Shown: positions 1 to 10,036, counted from the first letter of the stretch. The stretch is DNA of 54,411 bases from Thermoplasmatota archaeon (GCA_965234725.1 CBDDUX010000031.1:1-54411), one strand, 5' to 3'. Notes: generated by a model not told the origin, from the sequence alone. Made by a program: numbers and translations.

Positions 1-2
1 CG

Positions 3-755
3 ATCACCCTTGTAGTGAAGGACCGTATGGACAACGAGGTTCAGAAGAACTTCGTCATCACTGTTGAGAAGAGGATCAGCGAAGAGGACGAGCTAGGAAC
101 TGTCAACCCCACGATCGATACCGATCTTGACGGTATGAAGGACTGGTTCGAGATCAAGTATAAGCTTAATCCTCTTGTGAAGGATGCTGGTGAAGATCCC
201 GATGGTGATGGTTACACGAATTACGAGGAGTTCGGCAATGGCAAGTGGTATGCTCAGAACCTGACCAATCCGAAGGATCCCCGCAGCCATCCCACCCAGA
301 TCTTTAAGGAGGAAAAGGCAGAGGACAAGGGTCCTTTCTCGGATTCCATGCTACCTCTTTGGGGCATACTTGTTCTTTTGATCCTTGTCGTGGTCGTAAC
401 GATGGCCGTGATGAAGAACAAGAAGGACAAGCAGGTGAAGAGGATTAGAAGTGTCCGCAATATGCGGAAGATCATGCCATCTGTGTCCTGGGATCAGATC
501 ACCACCACTGCATACATGGCACCATATGTCCAGGGTGCAGCTCTTGCGGCTGCTTCCGGACCTGCACTTCCGTCGGCAACACCTACAGATGTAGACCCGT
601 CAACGGCCCTGCCACCAGGAGATAAGGAAGCGGTAGAGAAGCAGGAGATAGCTGAACAGCAGCAGGGAGAAGCAACTCCTCCGCCCGTTCAGCCTCAGCC
701 CACACCTCAACCACAACCTGCTCCACAGCCACAGCCCTTCCAGCCACAGCAGTGA
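3..755 (+). CDS. C-terminal part of a large membrane-anchored surface protein (5' truncated): Ca-binding DxDxDG repeats, TM helix, Pro/Gln-rich cytoplasmic tail
   Basis: Frame is open from the window start. Motifs DTDLDGMKDWFE and DPDGDGYTNYEE, hydrophobic helix LWGILVLLILVVVVTMAVM followed by KNKKDK, PQPQP tail. Confidence 0.75.
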   Translation: MTLVVKDRMDNEVQKNFVITVEKRISEEDELGTVNPTIDTDLDGMKDWFEIKYKLNPLVKDAGEDPDGDGYTNYEEFGNGKWYAQNLTNPKDPRSHPTQIFKEEKAEDKGPFSDSMLPLWGILVLLILVVVVTMAVMKNKKDKQVKRIRSVRNMRKIMPSVSWDQITTTAYMAPYVQGAALAAASGPALPSATPTDVDPSTALPPGDKEAVEKQEIAEQQQGEATPPPVQPQPTPQPQPAPQPQPFQPQQ

Positions 756-776
756 AGATCGTGGAAGGATACCAAC

Positions 777-809
777 GGGGAGTCCTTAAGAGGACTCCCC
801 TTTTTTTTT
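777..809 (+). terminator. Hairpin plus oligo-T terminator
   Basis: GGGGAGTCCT-TAAG-AGGACTCCCC perfect 10-bp stem followed by T9, about 20 nt after the stop codon. Confidence 0.8.
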
Positions 810-877
810 AAATTTTATTGTACAGGACAATTTTTCAAGCCATCACTTTTTTAAACCCATTATTTCATGGTCCCCCC

Positions 878-1513
878 ATGAAGATATCACTCTTCGGCCC
901 TCCCGGAGCCGGAAAAGGAACACAGGCCAGATTCATAGTGGAGAGATTCCAGTTACCGCAGATATCCACTGGAGACCTTTTAAGGGCCCAGGTGAGAGGT
1001 GGTACTGAACTTGGAAAGAAGGCCAAGGAATTCATGGACAGAGGAGCCCTCGTTCCGGACGAGGTTGTGATCGGCATGCTCAAAGATAGGATAGGGCTAG
1101 AGGACTGCCGCAATGGTTTCATACTTGACGGCTTCCCCAGGTCCCTGTCACAGGCAGAAGCTTTGAAAGAGATCATTGAACTGGATGCTGTTGTAAATAT
1201 TGTTGTGAACGAGGAATCCCTTGTAAGAAGGATCACCGGAAGAAGGATGTGCGGGTGTGGTGCGACCTATCATGTGGACTTCGCTCCTCCTAATGTGGAG
1301 GGTGTTTGCGATAAATGCGGCAAAGGGTTGTATCAGAGGGATGATGATCGAGAGGAAACGGTCAGGAACAGGATAGAGGTTTACAGATCCCAGACAGAAC
1401 CCTTGGCTGCTTATTACAGAAAGGAAGGGATCCTGAAAGATATCGATGGTAACAGGTCTATCGATGAGATATCCGATGAGATCCTGCAATTCCTCGAATC
1501 CATGAAGGAATGA
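878..1513 (+). CDS. adk: Adenylate kinase (long, Zn-lid type)
   Basis: GPPGAGKGTQA P-loop, ISTGDLLR, GFILDGFPR, lid cysteines (RRMCGCG...CDKCG), QRDDD. ATG at 878 chosen as start. Confidence 0.95.
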   Translation: MKISLFGPPGAGKGTQARFIVERFQLPQISTGDLLRAQVRGGTELGKKAKEFMDRGALVPDEVVIGMLKDRIGLEDCRNGFILDGFPRSLSQAEALKEIIELDAVVNIVVNEESLVRRITGRRMCGCGATYHVDFAPPNVEGVCDKCGKGLYQRDDDREETVRNRIEVYRSQTEPLAAYYRKEGILKDIDGNRSIDEISDEILQFLESMKE

Positions 1514-1516
1514 GAT

Positions 1517-2467
1517 ATGAAGGTTTTAGTGGTAGGGGCGGGAGCCCTTGGAAGTCTCGTCGGAGGCCTTCTTTCGAAGGAACATGATGTAACAATCATC
1601 GGTAGGTCCGAGCAGGTCTGGGTCCTGAAAAGGAAGGGTCTGAGAATTGATGGGATAACAAAAGGAGAGTTCAGGCCCAAGGCATTGACTGGTGTTCCAA
1701 GGAACGAGGAGTTCGACCTTATCATCCTCTGTGTCAAATCATACAATACGGACATGACCCTGGATCCCCTTATGCCCATCTTGAAGAAGGGAACAAGGAT
1801 ACTCTCTCTCCAGAACGGGCTTGACAATGAGGAGAGGATACTCCGTTTCATCAACGACAATTCACTGGATTCCGAAGTGATAGGGGGGATCACCTGCCAT
1901 GGTGTGACCTATAAAGGCCCCGGCGTCATCAAGCATGCTGGAATTGGTGATTCAATGATCGGTCATTTCGGCGGTGGTGAAGAGGGATGTTCCACTGTTG
2001 ACGATATTGCTCAGGCTTTCAGGGATGCAGGGTTCGAGATGGAGACCTCAACCTGTATCGAGAGGGAGATCTGGGCAAAGACCATCATCAATTCTGCGAT
2101 CAACCCGCTCACAGCCATTGTTCAGGGCCGGAATGGAGTGATAATTTCCAATCCAAGTGTCCGATCCACTGCGGAGGACCTGATCCGGGAGGGTGTATCC
2201 ATTGCCAACGGATACGGTAAGGACCTGACCTTTGAAGAGATGAGGGAAAGGACCTTCCTTGTCGCTGAAAGGACTGCGAGGAACAGGTCCTCCATGCTTC
2301 AGGACCTTCAGAGGAACAGGAGGACCGAGGTAGAATCCATCAACGGCGCTATTCATCAAAAGGCCGAAGCTCAGGGGATGAAGGCTCCTTTGAACCTTAC
2401 AATGGTACGATTGATAAAGGCCATGGAGGACAGGAACCTCGATGGTCCTTGGGAACTAGAAGAATGA
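1517..2467 (+). CDS. panE: 2-dehydropantoate 2-reductase (ketopantoate reductase)
   Basis: GAGALG Rossmann motif, VKSY, LQNGL, W-x-K..N..INPLTA, SSMLQD..R.TE..ING. Confidence 0.92.
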   Translation: MKVLVVGAGALGSLVGGLLSKEHDVTIIGRSEQVWVLKRKGLRIDGITKGEFRPKALTGVPRNEEFDLIILCVKSYNTDMTLDPLMPILKKGTRILSLQNGLDNEERILRFINDNSLDSEVIGGITCHGVTYKGPGVIKHAGIGDSMIGHFGGGEEGCSTVDDIAQAFRDAGFEMETSTCIEREIWAKTIINSAINPLTAIVQGRNGVIISNPSVRSTAEDLIREGVSIANGYGKDLTFEEMRERTFLVAERTARNRSSMLQDLQRNRRTEVESINGAIHQKAEAQGMKAPLNLTMVRLIKAMEDRNLDGPWELEE

Positions 2468-4648
2468 ACCCACTGCCTGTTCCAGGGTCATGTTCTGGAC
2501 CCTGACGGGTCTCAGTTCATCAGGAAGGAACTTGAGATATCTTGGTTGTTTCAATCTTTCTTCCATCAGAACGGTGACTGCTCTATCGTTTTCAGACCTT
2601 ATGGACCTACCAGATGCCTGAAGGATCTTGTTCATAGCGGGATAGATATATGCGTATTCCTCGCCCAGATTATATCCGAACTTTGTCCTGAAATAGGCCC
2701 TCAGTGCCTGGACCTCCAGTGATGGAGGGGCGAAAGGGAGGCCCACAACAAGAACACCCGAAAGCAGATTGTCGTTGTAGTCAACACCTTCCGACAGTGA
2801 ACCACCCATGACCGCCATCAGGATAGCACCGGTTCGTCCCCTTGCGCTCCTCAGATCGGATATCACCCTCTCCTTGTCGGACCGGGACATGGACCTCTCC
2901 TCAACGATGAGCGGTTTGGGACAACCCCAGAGGTACCCCTTGACATCATGAAGGATGCTGTAGGATGGGAAGAAGACCGCCACATTTCCGGGGATCCTTC
3001 CCGAGATCGAGACGATCTTTTCTCCAATGGCCCTGTACATGCTTTCACTTCTACTCTTGTATGCGGTGGTTACGCTGTCATCCAGTAGGACGAGCCTGTT
3101 CCTGGTCGGAAAAGGTGAGGGGTATTCCTTCTCCATCCTTCTATCTCTGGCCATACCGAGAATATCTCCGAACATCGATGGGGGCGACAGGGTTCCACTC
3201 ATGAGTATAGCGGAATCGCAACCCTTGAAGATGGGTCCCGATATCTCACCCGGATCAAGGTTCCTGAAGGATATCCGAAGGGAATCTATACCTTTCCCGT
3301 CAGGAATGGATAGATAGAGTATATGCGACCCTTTGAGGGACATCAATCCCTCAAGGAAATCGGCCACCATCATGATCGGGTCATCCTCTTCGGTGTTCCC
3401 TCTTTTCTTCGACAGGTCCTCCAGCATCTCGATGAACATATCCAGGTCCATGGACCGATCTATCGTGCTCTCCTGGAAGATGGCCCTTATCTCTGAAACG
3501 AACAGTCTCTTATCCAGCTCGATCTCTCCCTGGTCACCTAGTTCCCTCTTTGCCATCGAGATAATATGGTCCCTTATCATCCTCAGGTGGTGTTTGAGAT
3601 GTTTCCTACCGGTGCAGATGTCAACAGCCTCATCCAGGATCCTGACAGGTAGTTCACTGGACTGATGCGCTCTGATCCTGTCAGGGAGATTGTGTGCCTC
3701 ATCCACGATGATGGTGATCTCGGATATGTCCTTGGACAATCCCGATAGTATGGTATCTTTCAGATCGGAGAAGAGGTAGTTAAAATCGCATATCAGGACA
3801 TTGGTTTCCTTGGCTGCTTCCAGGGCTGCACGGTGAGGGCATATCTTCCTCTGGAGCGAGAGTTCAACGATCCTGGCCACATCGTTCACATCTTCTAGGA
3901 TCTCTCTCACGAGAGTTGGCGGAGGCTGCCTGTAAAGAGGACAGGAGCCGTCCTTTGACTGCTGTTTGCACATGAAAGAAAAAGTGGAATGCGGAAGTTT
4001 TGAGATATCCCTCGGACACATGGACTGCTTGGAGATGATATCAACAGCTTTGATCCTGGAGCCCGACCTCCTTGTTAGCTTCTTGATGGTATCAATGGCT
4101 ATTGCATGCTGGGACTGTTTCGAAGTCAAGAACAGGACCATGGTCCCCCTTTCCAGGGCATGTTCGATCGCGGGTGAAAGGGCGGCCGCGGTCTTTCCGA
4201 TACCGGTAGGTACATTGGCCAGCAGAAATCCACCGTTGGATATGGTATTCTTAACATCGTTCTGGAAATCATCCTGTCCGGGTCTGATCCTGTCGAAGGG
4301 AAACATCCTTCCGGCTTCTGTCCAATCCTTTTGGGTCGTTTTTCCCTTCCTTCCACCCTTTGATAGCTCCTTCATTGATGAGAGGTCCTTTGTACTTATG
4401 GTGGCCGTTTCAGAATTAAAAAGGGACCTGGAAGCGTATTTGGAACTCCTGGGTGAGACCCCTTTTCTCACCTTGAACTTGCTTTGTGATCCCTTATTAC
4501 CAGAGTGATCAGGTTGTGGGACCTCCTTTTGATCATCAGGTTCTTCCAGCAGGTCCACCCTTCCACATCTGGAACATATCCTTGCCCGATCTCCGGTGGA
4601 GAAATCCCATCTGAGAATGGATCCGCACACCTTGCAAAAATTTTCCAT
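2456..4648 (-). CDS. xpd: XPD/Rad3/DinG-family Fe-S DNA helicase with N-terminal Zn ribbon
   Basis: Q motif (FPFDRIRPGQ), PTGIGKT, four Fe-S cysteines, DEAHN, SGTLSP, FFPSY, SEGVD, QASGRSIR. ATG at 4648 follows GGAG. Confidence 0.88.
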   Translation of the reverse strand: MENFCKVCGSILRWDFSTGDRARICSRCGRVDLLEEPDDQKEVPQPDHSGNKGSQSKFKVRKGVSPRSSKYASRSLFNSETATISTKDLSSMKELSKGGRKGKTTQKDWTEAGRMFPFDRIRPGQDDFQNDVKNTISNGGFLLANVPTGIGKTAAALSPAIEHALERGTMVLFLTSKQSQHAIAIDTIKKLTRRSGSRIKAVDIISKQSMCPRDISKLPHSTFSFMCKQQSKDGSCPLYRQPPPTLVREILEDVNDVARIVELSLQRKICPHRAALEAAKETNVLICDFNYLFSDLKDTILSGLSKDISEITIIVDEAHNLPDRIRAHQSSELPVRILDEAVDICTGRKHLKHHLRMIRDHIISMAKRELGDQGEIELDKRLFVSEIRAIFQESTIDRSMDLDMFIEMLEDLSKKRGNTEEDDPIMMVADFLEGLMSLKGSHILYLSIPDGKGIDSLRISFRNLDPGEISGPIFKGCDSAILMSGTLSPPSMFGDILGMARDRRMEKEYPSPFPTRNRLVLLDDSVTTAYKSRSESMYRAIGEKIVSISGRIPGNVAVFFPSYSILHDVKGYLWGCPKPLIVEERSMSRSDKERVISDLRSARGRTGAILMAVMGGSLSEGVDYNDNLLSGVLVVGLPFAPPSLEVQALRAYFRTKFGYNLGEEYAYIYPAMNKILQASGRSIRSENDRAVTVLMEERLKQPRYLKFLPDELRPVRVQNMTLEQAVGSFF

Positions 4649-4718
4649 TTTCCATCTCCGATGCCAATCGCCATCACCGAACATGATATAATTATGTCGG
4701 CAGGGGGAGCTAGGCGAA

Positions 4719-5480
4719 TCAATCCATTATCTCCACATGCAGTCTCCTGCCCTTATGGATCCTGCAATCGATATCGAACACATCTCCTATCCATTTCTCC
4801 TCTATTACATCCACAGTAGGTCCTTTGACCACAAGTCTGCCGTCCTTGATAAGGGCCACTTCGTCACAGAACCTGGCTGCAAGGTCGATATCATGGAGGA
4901 CAGCGATGACAGTGGTCCCTTCCTTCCTGTTCAACCTTTTTACAATGGATAGAATGTCGATCGAATGCCTGATATCCAGGTTCTTGGTGGGTTCGTCCAG
5001 GAGCAGGATCCTTGGCTCCTGGGCAAGGGATCTTGCTATGAAGACCCTCTGCCTCTCTCCTCCGGAAAGCTCGTTAATGCCTTTTTCTTCCATTCCTGTT
5101 AGACCGCACCATGTGAGGGCCTTTTCAACCGCCTTTCCTCCGTTCCTGTCTGTCATGGAGAACCTTCCCATGTGGGGGTACCTGCCCATTGAGACGATCT
5201 CTGAGACCTTGAAATCGAAACCAGGGTTGTAATCCTGAGGCAGCAGTGCCATTTTCCTGGCCAGTTCCTTTGGCCTCCAACTTGTGGAATTCTTTCCGAA
5301 GAGCTCTATGGTGCCTGATCTGGGTCTGAGCGAACCTGTAAGACATCTGAGCAGTGTGGTCTTGCCAGAACCATTTGGTCCCAGCAGTCCAAGGAAATCT
5401 CCTTCGGCAACCTCAATGTCAATTCCCCTCAGGACCTCTTTACCATTGTAAGAGGCGTGAATATCACGAGCCCTGATCAT
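4719..5480 (-). CDS. ABC transporter ATP-binding subunit (BtuD/FecE/FhuC family)
   Basis: GPNGSGKTT, LSGGERQR, LLLDEPT, VLHD. Start overlaps the permease stop (ATGA). Confidence 0.92.
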   Translation of the reverse strand: MIRARDIHASYNGKEVLRGIDIEVAEGDFLGLLGPNGSGKTTLLRCLTGSLRPRSGTIELFGKNSTSWRPKELARKMALLPQDYNPGFDFKVSEIVSMGRYPHMGRFSMTDRNGGKAVEKALTWCGLTGMEEKGINELSGGERQRVFIARSLAQEPRILLLDEPTKNLDIRHSIDILSIVKRLNRKEGTTVIAVLHDIDLAARFCDEVALIKDGRLVVKGPTVDVIEEKWIGDVFDIDCRIHKGRRLHVEIMD

Positions 5481-6535
5481 CCTAACCCCCTCCTTCTTCC
5501 CATGAGGTAGAGGAAGAAGATCCCTCCAAGGAAACCTGTGACTATCCCAAGAGGTACAATCTGGTCCAAGATCGTTCTTGAGAACATATCGCACAGGATC
5601 AGAAATGAAGCTCCCATGAGGGCGGAGCAGGGAATCAGGTACCTGTGGTCAGGTCCTATCATCCTCCTGACCAGATGGGGGATCATGAGACCAACGAATC
5701 CGATCATTCCGCAAAAAGGAACGGTAACAGCTGCAAGAAGGGAAGCAGCACCGAGTATCAATATCTTGGACCTCTCAACATCAACACCCAATCCCCTGGC
5801 ATCCTCCTCTCCCATTGAAAAAGCGTTCAGGTCCTTTGAGAATGCCATCAGGAAGGGTATGGAAAGGAGAACCACGGGGCCGACGATCGCAAGTTCACTC
5901 CAGGTCGAATTCGAACATGAACCCAGGAGTGACACCATGACCGATCTGGGATTTTCGATGAAGTAGTAGATGATGAACTGCGTGGCAGCGGTAAGGGATG
6001 CTGAAATGGCCACTCCGGCAAGCAGAAGATTGGTCATGGGAATACGGCTTCCAGTCCTTGCCACAAGGTAAGCGCAGGAAACGGCCCCCAAAGCTCCCAG
6101 AAAACTGAGAAGCGCCCTGAACCAACCCACCCATGTTCCCGATTCTCCCATAGTCAGGACAAGTGCCACCATCCATCCAATGGCACCTCCTGCGGATATT
6201 CCAATGATGAATGGATCTACCAGGGGATTTCTGAACAATCCCTGAAGGGAGGCCCCAGAGGTCGAAAGAGCCGCTCCAACAAGAAGGGCCATCAGGACGA
6301 TGGGGAACCTGATCCGGAATATGATGGTCTCCCAGCCAGAAGGATAGGACTCTCCGGATCCGATCCCGAACAGGGTTGATAAAAATATCCTAATAACCGC
6401 TTCCAGGGGAATATCGGCAGGTCCAATTGATAGTCCTAATATTATGGAAATGACCAAGATGGCCATCAAGAGGACTATAAAGAGACCTTTGGAAATACCG
6501 ATGTTATCACGTTCCTTCCGGATACAGAGCCCCAT
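5477..6535 (-). CDS. ABC transporter permease (BtuC/FecCD family)
   Basis: LQGLFRNPLVDP..IGIS.G, GEEDARGLGV EAA loop, GMIGFVGLMIPH. Exact start uncertain. Confidence 0.92.
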   Translation of the reverse strand: MGLCIRKERDNIGISKGLFIVLLMAILVISIILGLSIGPADIPLEAVIRIFLSTLFGIGSGESYPSGWETIIFRIRFPIVLMALLVGAALSTSGASLQGLFRNPLVDPFIIGISAGGAIGWMVALVLTMGESGTWVGWFRALLSFLGALGAVSCAYLVARTGSRIPMTNLLLAGVAISASLTAATQFIIYYFIENPRSVMVSLLGSCSNSTWSELAIVGPVVLLSIPFLMAFSKDLNAFSMGEEDARGLGVDVERSKILILGAASLLAAVTVPFCGMIGFVGLMIPHLVRRMIGPDHRYLIPCSALMGASFLILCDMFSRTILDQIVPLGIVTGFLGGIFFLYLMGRRRGLG

Positions 6536-7454
6536 GTACCGCTTCCAATCCTTCTATCAAATGAGGACCTGTCCTGTCGATCAGATCACCGTCAATATCG
6601 ATCACTCTACCATTTGCAACTGCGGAGATGTCCCTCCAGGTATCTTCATCCAGGATAGTTGACCGGGATGGTGTGGGCCATGTTGTTGATTGGGATGTTA
6701 TTATGACATCCGGATCACTGTCGATTATCGTCTCTATGGATACCTGGACGACAACTCCCACATTGTTATCTATGGAGTTCTTTCCCCCTGCCATTTCTAT
6801 AAGGTTCCCTGAGAATGTGGAAGATGATCCCACCCACGGATCGGAGGTCCCATCGTAGTATGTGACATAGAGCACTTTGGGTCTGTCATCAATGGACATA
6901 TTGGATACCTTCTCCATCACGGTGCCTCTCCGTTCTTTCATATTATCTGTTATATTTGCCGCCCTCTCCTCCAGATCGAGGATCTTGCCCATATCTCCTA
7001 TGAGGTCCAGTACGGTATCAAAGTCCAAGGGAAACGCTCTATAAACCGGAACCGAGAGTAAGGTTATGGTGTTGTAGTTCGCTTCAGTGATGTCAAGGGT
7101 CTTGTCCATGATAACCAGGTCAGGGTCCAAAGCTATCAGTTTCTCGCTGTCCAGACCTTCCCAGGTGGATACGGTCTCCAGGGAAAGATCGGAAAATTCT
7201 CCGGCTGAAACAGAATCTCCTCCCACCAGAAGGTTACCGGCTCCCAGTTCCACCACGATCTCCGTCAGGGCCGGTGTCAGGGTCACGATCCTCTCCGGAA
7301 TTCCCCGAACTTTCAACTGGTTCCCTGTTTGATCCGTGATGGTCCTTTCTCCACCTCCCTCGTTCGACTCAATGCACCCTGCAAGGATCCCGGCTCCCAA
7401 AATCAGCAAACCGATAAGGAGAGTTGACAGGTCTTTCCTTTTCCTTTTGTTCAT
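6507..7454 (-). CDS. Substrate-binding lipoprotein, BtuF/helical-backbone family (cobalamin or iron chelate)
   Basis: LAGC lipobox, PERIVTLTPALTEIV, E.LIALDPDLV, AGG.N, W..I.AV..GRV, RTGP. Confidence 0.88.
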   Translation of the reverse strand: MNKRKRKDLSTLLIGLLILGAGILAGCIESNEGGGERTITDQTGNQLKVRGIPERIVTLTPALTEIVVELGAGNLLVGGDSVSAGEFSDLSLETVSTWEGLDSEKLIALDPDLVIMDKTLDITEANYNTITLLSVPVYRAFPLDFDTVLDLIGDMGKILDLEERAANITDNMKERRGTVMEKVSNMSIDDRPKVLYVTYYDGTSDPWVGSSSTFSGNLIEMAGGKNSIDNNVGVVVQVSIETIIDSDPDVIITSQSTTWPTPSRSTILDEDTWRDISAVANGRVIDIDGDLIDRTGPHLIEGLEAVHGALYPEGT

Positions 7455-7476
7455 CTGAAATCATCCCCATTTTATC

Positions 7477-7520
7477 TCATGTAAAGCGAACTTTATTTAT
7501 ATCAATGTAAGTTTACATGA
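7477..7520. promoter_or_regulatory. Candidate operator in the divergent promoter
   Basis: TCATGTAAA (7477-7485) and TTTACATGA (7512-7520) form an inverted repeat. Nested ATGTAA-GT-TTACAT palindrome at 7505-7518. Both flank the TATA-like TTTATTTATA. Confidence 0.5.
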
Positions 7521-7553
7521 CAGTCACCAGATGATATTTATTTCTTTTGAGGG

Positions 7554-8375
7554 ATGGAAATGCTTGGTGTCCTGAAGAACAAAGGCATGATGACACGATT
7601 GCTCCTACTTTTGGAGATAGTCACGGGAGCACCCGGAGACCAGAGATCACTTGCAGAGCCAGTGGATATCACTCCTCAAGCGGTATCGGATTATCTCTCA
7701 AAGATGAGGGATGAGGGATTGGTGACAACGGGCCTCGAAGGTCCAAAGGCCACTGTTAAGGGTGTTGAGGTCCTCCATCGAGATCTGCTGTCGATAAAGG
7801 ATTTCATAGACAATTCCATCGGTAAACTGGACATTATCCGGTCCACTGACGCAATGGCCCTGACATCCATCAGGAAAGGTGACAGGGTATTTCTCGTCAT
7901 TGAGGATGGATTGTTGTGTGCGACTGAGAAGGGATCTGGATCCTCAGGGATCGCTGATCGGGACGCCGAACCGGGCGATATGGTCCCGATATCGTCCTTA
8001 TCAGGTTTAATGGAGTTAAAAAGCGGAACCTTGAAACTTGTGGAGATATCACCTGCAAGGGCCGGAGGGGGAAGAGGTTCGATAACTGGTCCTGATCTTT
8101 TCAAGATGTGCAATACGGGACCTGCGAATTTCAGGGTAGCGGTCCTGGACCTGGAATCCCTCGCCCTCTTCAGGAGGTCGAATATCGAATTCGACATGGA
8201 AATGCCTCCTCCTGAAGGTGTGATCGAACCTCTGATACGTGGTCTGGATGTCATAGCCGTGGGGACGCCTTTTTCGATATCCAGAGTGCTTCAGATCCTT
8301 GAAAGATCCCCAGGGGAGCATTCCGTGGAACGGTACCCTCTACCTCTAACGGGGCCTAACCAGGCAAAACAATAA
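7554..8375 (+). CDS. Archaeal winged-helix (MarR-like) transcriptional regulator with C-terminal effector domain
   Basis: QRSLA..VDITPQAVSDYL..M..EGLV wHTH and T.KG.E wing. Divergent from the ABC operon. Confidence 0.8.
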   Translation: MEMLGVLKNKGMMTRLLLLLEIVTGAPGDQRSLAEPVDITPQAVSDYLSKMRDEGLVTTGLEGPKATVKGVEVLHRDLLSIKDFIDNSIGKLDIIRSTDAMALTSIRKGDRVFLVIEDGLLCATEKGSGSSGIADRDAEPGDMVPISSLSGLMELKSGTLKLVEISPARAGGGRGSITGPDLFKMCNTGPANFRVAVLDLESLALFRRSNIEFDMEMPPPEGVIEPLIRGLDVIAVGTPFSISRVLQILERSPGEHSVERYPLPLTGPNQAKQ

Positions 8376-8377
8376 TA

Positions 8378-10018
8378 ATGAAAAGCTGGATTTCCACATG
8401 GGGTTCGTTCTTGAAGCTTCTAAGGTTCCTTGGGATATTCCTTCTTCTATGGATCATGGTGGGTTCCCTGGGGATCCCTTCCGGAGTGCAGGCAAAGGAA
8501 GTTGAAGATTACAACGCTTTGCTGGACCTATATGACCCTTCCTTGGAGACCTTTTCAGGTCTCTCCGATATGGAGGAGGTCACGTTCAGGGACAGTGTCT
8601 CAATTTCTGATTACCACGAGATGAAGGATGAGGATTTCGGAGTTACCACTGTCTGGCTCGAATCCACAAAGGCATCAGTGGACGCCCCCAGGCTCCAGTT
8701 CCCGGGAGATGAGACCTACAGATTACTCAGGGGAGCTGAGGTCGAGTTCACCGTGATCATCCTGGAGAAGAAGGATGGCAACAGGACCTACCAGGAGATC
8801 GAGGCATACGGAGGCGGGATCAAGATAATCGAGGAAGGAGAGACCGAAGAAAAGATCCTTCACAAGGATAAGATAGAAGTGCTTGGGTTTGTAATAAAAA
8901 AGGATAACCTTCCAGGATCCCTTCAATCCGACTGGGCGAGGTTCGGCCTGGCATTGGCTATATGGACCGTTGCCATAATCATAATCTGGTACATCTTCAG
9001 GCTTTTACTCCTTTTCACCAAGAAGACCAAGACCAATATGGATACAGCGATCGTCCAGATCGTCCGGATCCCTTTTTTCCTGATCCTTTTCGTCTATGGA
9101 CTGTTGGTCTCTCTATCTCAGTTAAAATTGCCAGATGAGATCCTGAGCGGTCTGGCCCTCTTTTTCCGGGCAGGCGTGATCATTCTATGTGCTATCATTG
9201 CGATCAAGCTGTTCAAGAAGGTCATATTGGTATACCTCAAGATGATCTCCAAGAAGACCGAAACCCAGGCGGATGATGTATTGGTCCCTGTGATCGGCAA
9301 GATCGTTGCCGTTGTCATCTGGATATTCGCCTTTGTCATGTTCATGAACAATTTCGGTGTGAATATCACCGTGTTCCTCGGTGCTTTGGGGATAGCCGGC
9401 CTTGTCATAGCCTTCGCGGCACAGGACACCCTTTCCAACTTCTTCGCAGGGATAATGATACTCCTCGATCGTCCATTCAAGGAGGATGACTGGATCATAT
9501 TGGATGATTCGGTATACCAGGTCAAGCATATTGGGATGAGATCAACAAGACTTTTCAGCTCATGGAACCAGCAGGTGGTCACCCTTCCCAACAGCAAGAT
9601 ATCCAATTATATGTTCTCCAATCTCTCGGAACCGGACTCGTTCGGAAGGAGGACCGTCAAGTTCGGTGTCTCCTACAACACGGATATCGAGAAGATGAAG
9701 ATCATCGTTCACGAGATAGTTTCCGCCCATCCGGGTGTTGAAAAGGATGAGGAGCACCCCATTATTGTAAGGTTCAATGAGTTCGGGGACTCCGCCCTGA
9801 ACTGGTCCGTTACTTTCTTCGTGAAGGATTACAATGACCAGTGGGCCATTGCAAGCGATCTGAGAAACGAGATATTCCACAGGTTCGCCAAGGAAGGTAT
9901 CGAGATCCCGTTCCCCCAGCGTGTCGTGCATATGATGGGAGACACTGCACAGAAAAATACTCGCCCCCCACATCCAGGGGGGAACGATCCCCGGGAAATG
10001 GGCAACCTATCTCCTTAA
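8378..10018 (+). CDS. mscS: MscS small-conductance mechanosensitive channel with N-terminal exported domain
   Basis: LGIAGLVIAFAAQDTLSNFFAG, DRPF, IGMRSTR, PNS, FNEFGDSAL, GIEIPFPQR. Confidence 0.9.
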   Translation: MKSWISTWGSFLKLLRFLGIFLLLWIMVGSLGIPSGVQAKEVEDYNALLDLYDPSLETFSGLSDMEEVTFRDSVSISDYHEMKDEDFGVTTVWLESTKASVDAPRLQFPGDETYRLLRGAEVEFTVIILEKKDGNRTYQEIEAYGGGIKIIEEGETEEKILHKDKIEVLGFVIKKDNLPGSLQSDWARFGLALAIWTVAIIIIWYIFRLLLLFTKKTKTNMDTAIVQIVRIPFFLILFVYGLLVSLSQLKLPDEILSGLALFFRAGVIILCAIIAIKLFKKVILVYLKMISKKTETQADDVLVPVIGKIVAVVIWIFAFVMFMNNFGVNITVFLGALGIAGLVIAFAAQDTLSNFFAGIMILLDRPFKEDDWIILDDSVYQVKHIGMRSTRLFSSWNQQVVTLPNSKISNYMFSNLSEPDSFGRRTVKFGVSYNTDIEKMKIIVHEIVSAHPGVEKDEEHPIIVRFNEFGDSALNWSVTFFVKDYNDQWAIASDLRNEIFHRFAKEGIEIPFPQRVVHMMGDTAQKNTRPPHPGGNDPREMGNLSP

Positions 10019-10036
10019 GAAACAGATATAAAGTTT

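Noticed and set aside
878-1513. Bacterial-type adenylate kinase in an archaeon
   Set aside because: Already known from several euryarchaeal lineages; not novel.
7455-7553. Cobalamin riboswitch upstream of the BtuF-like gene
   Set aside because: The spacer is too short and AT-rich, and no B12-box is visible.
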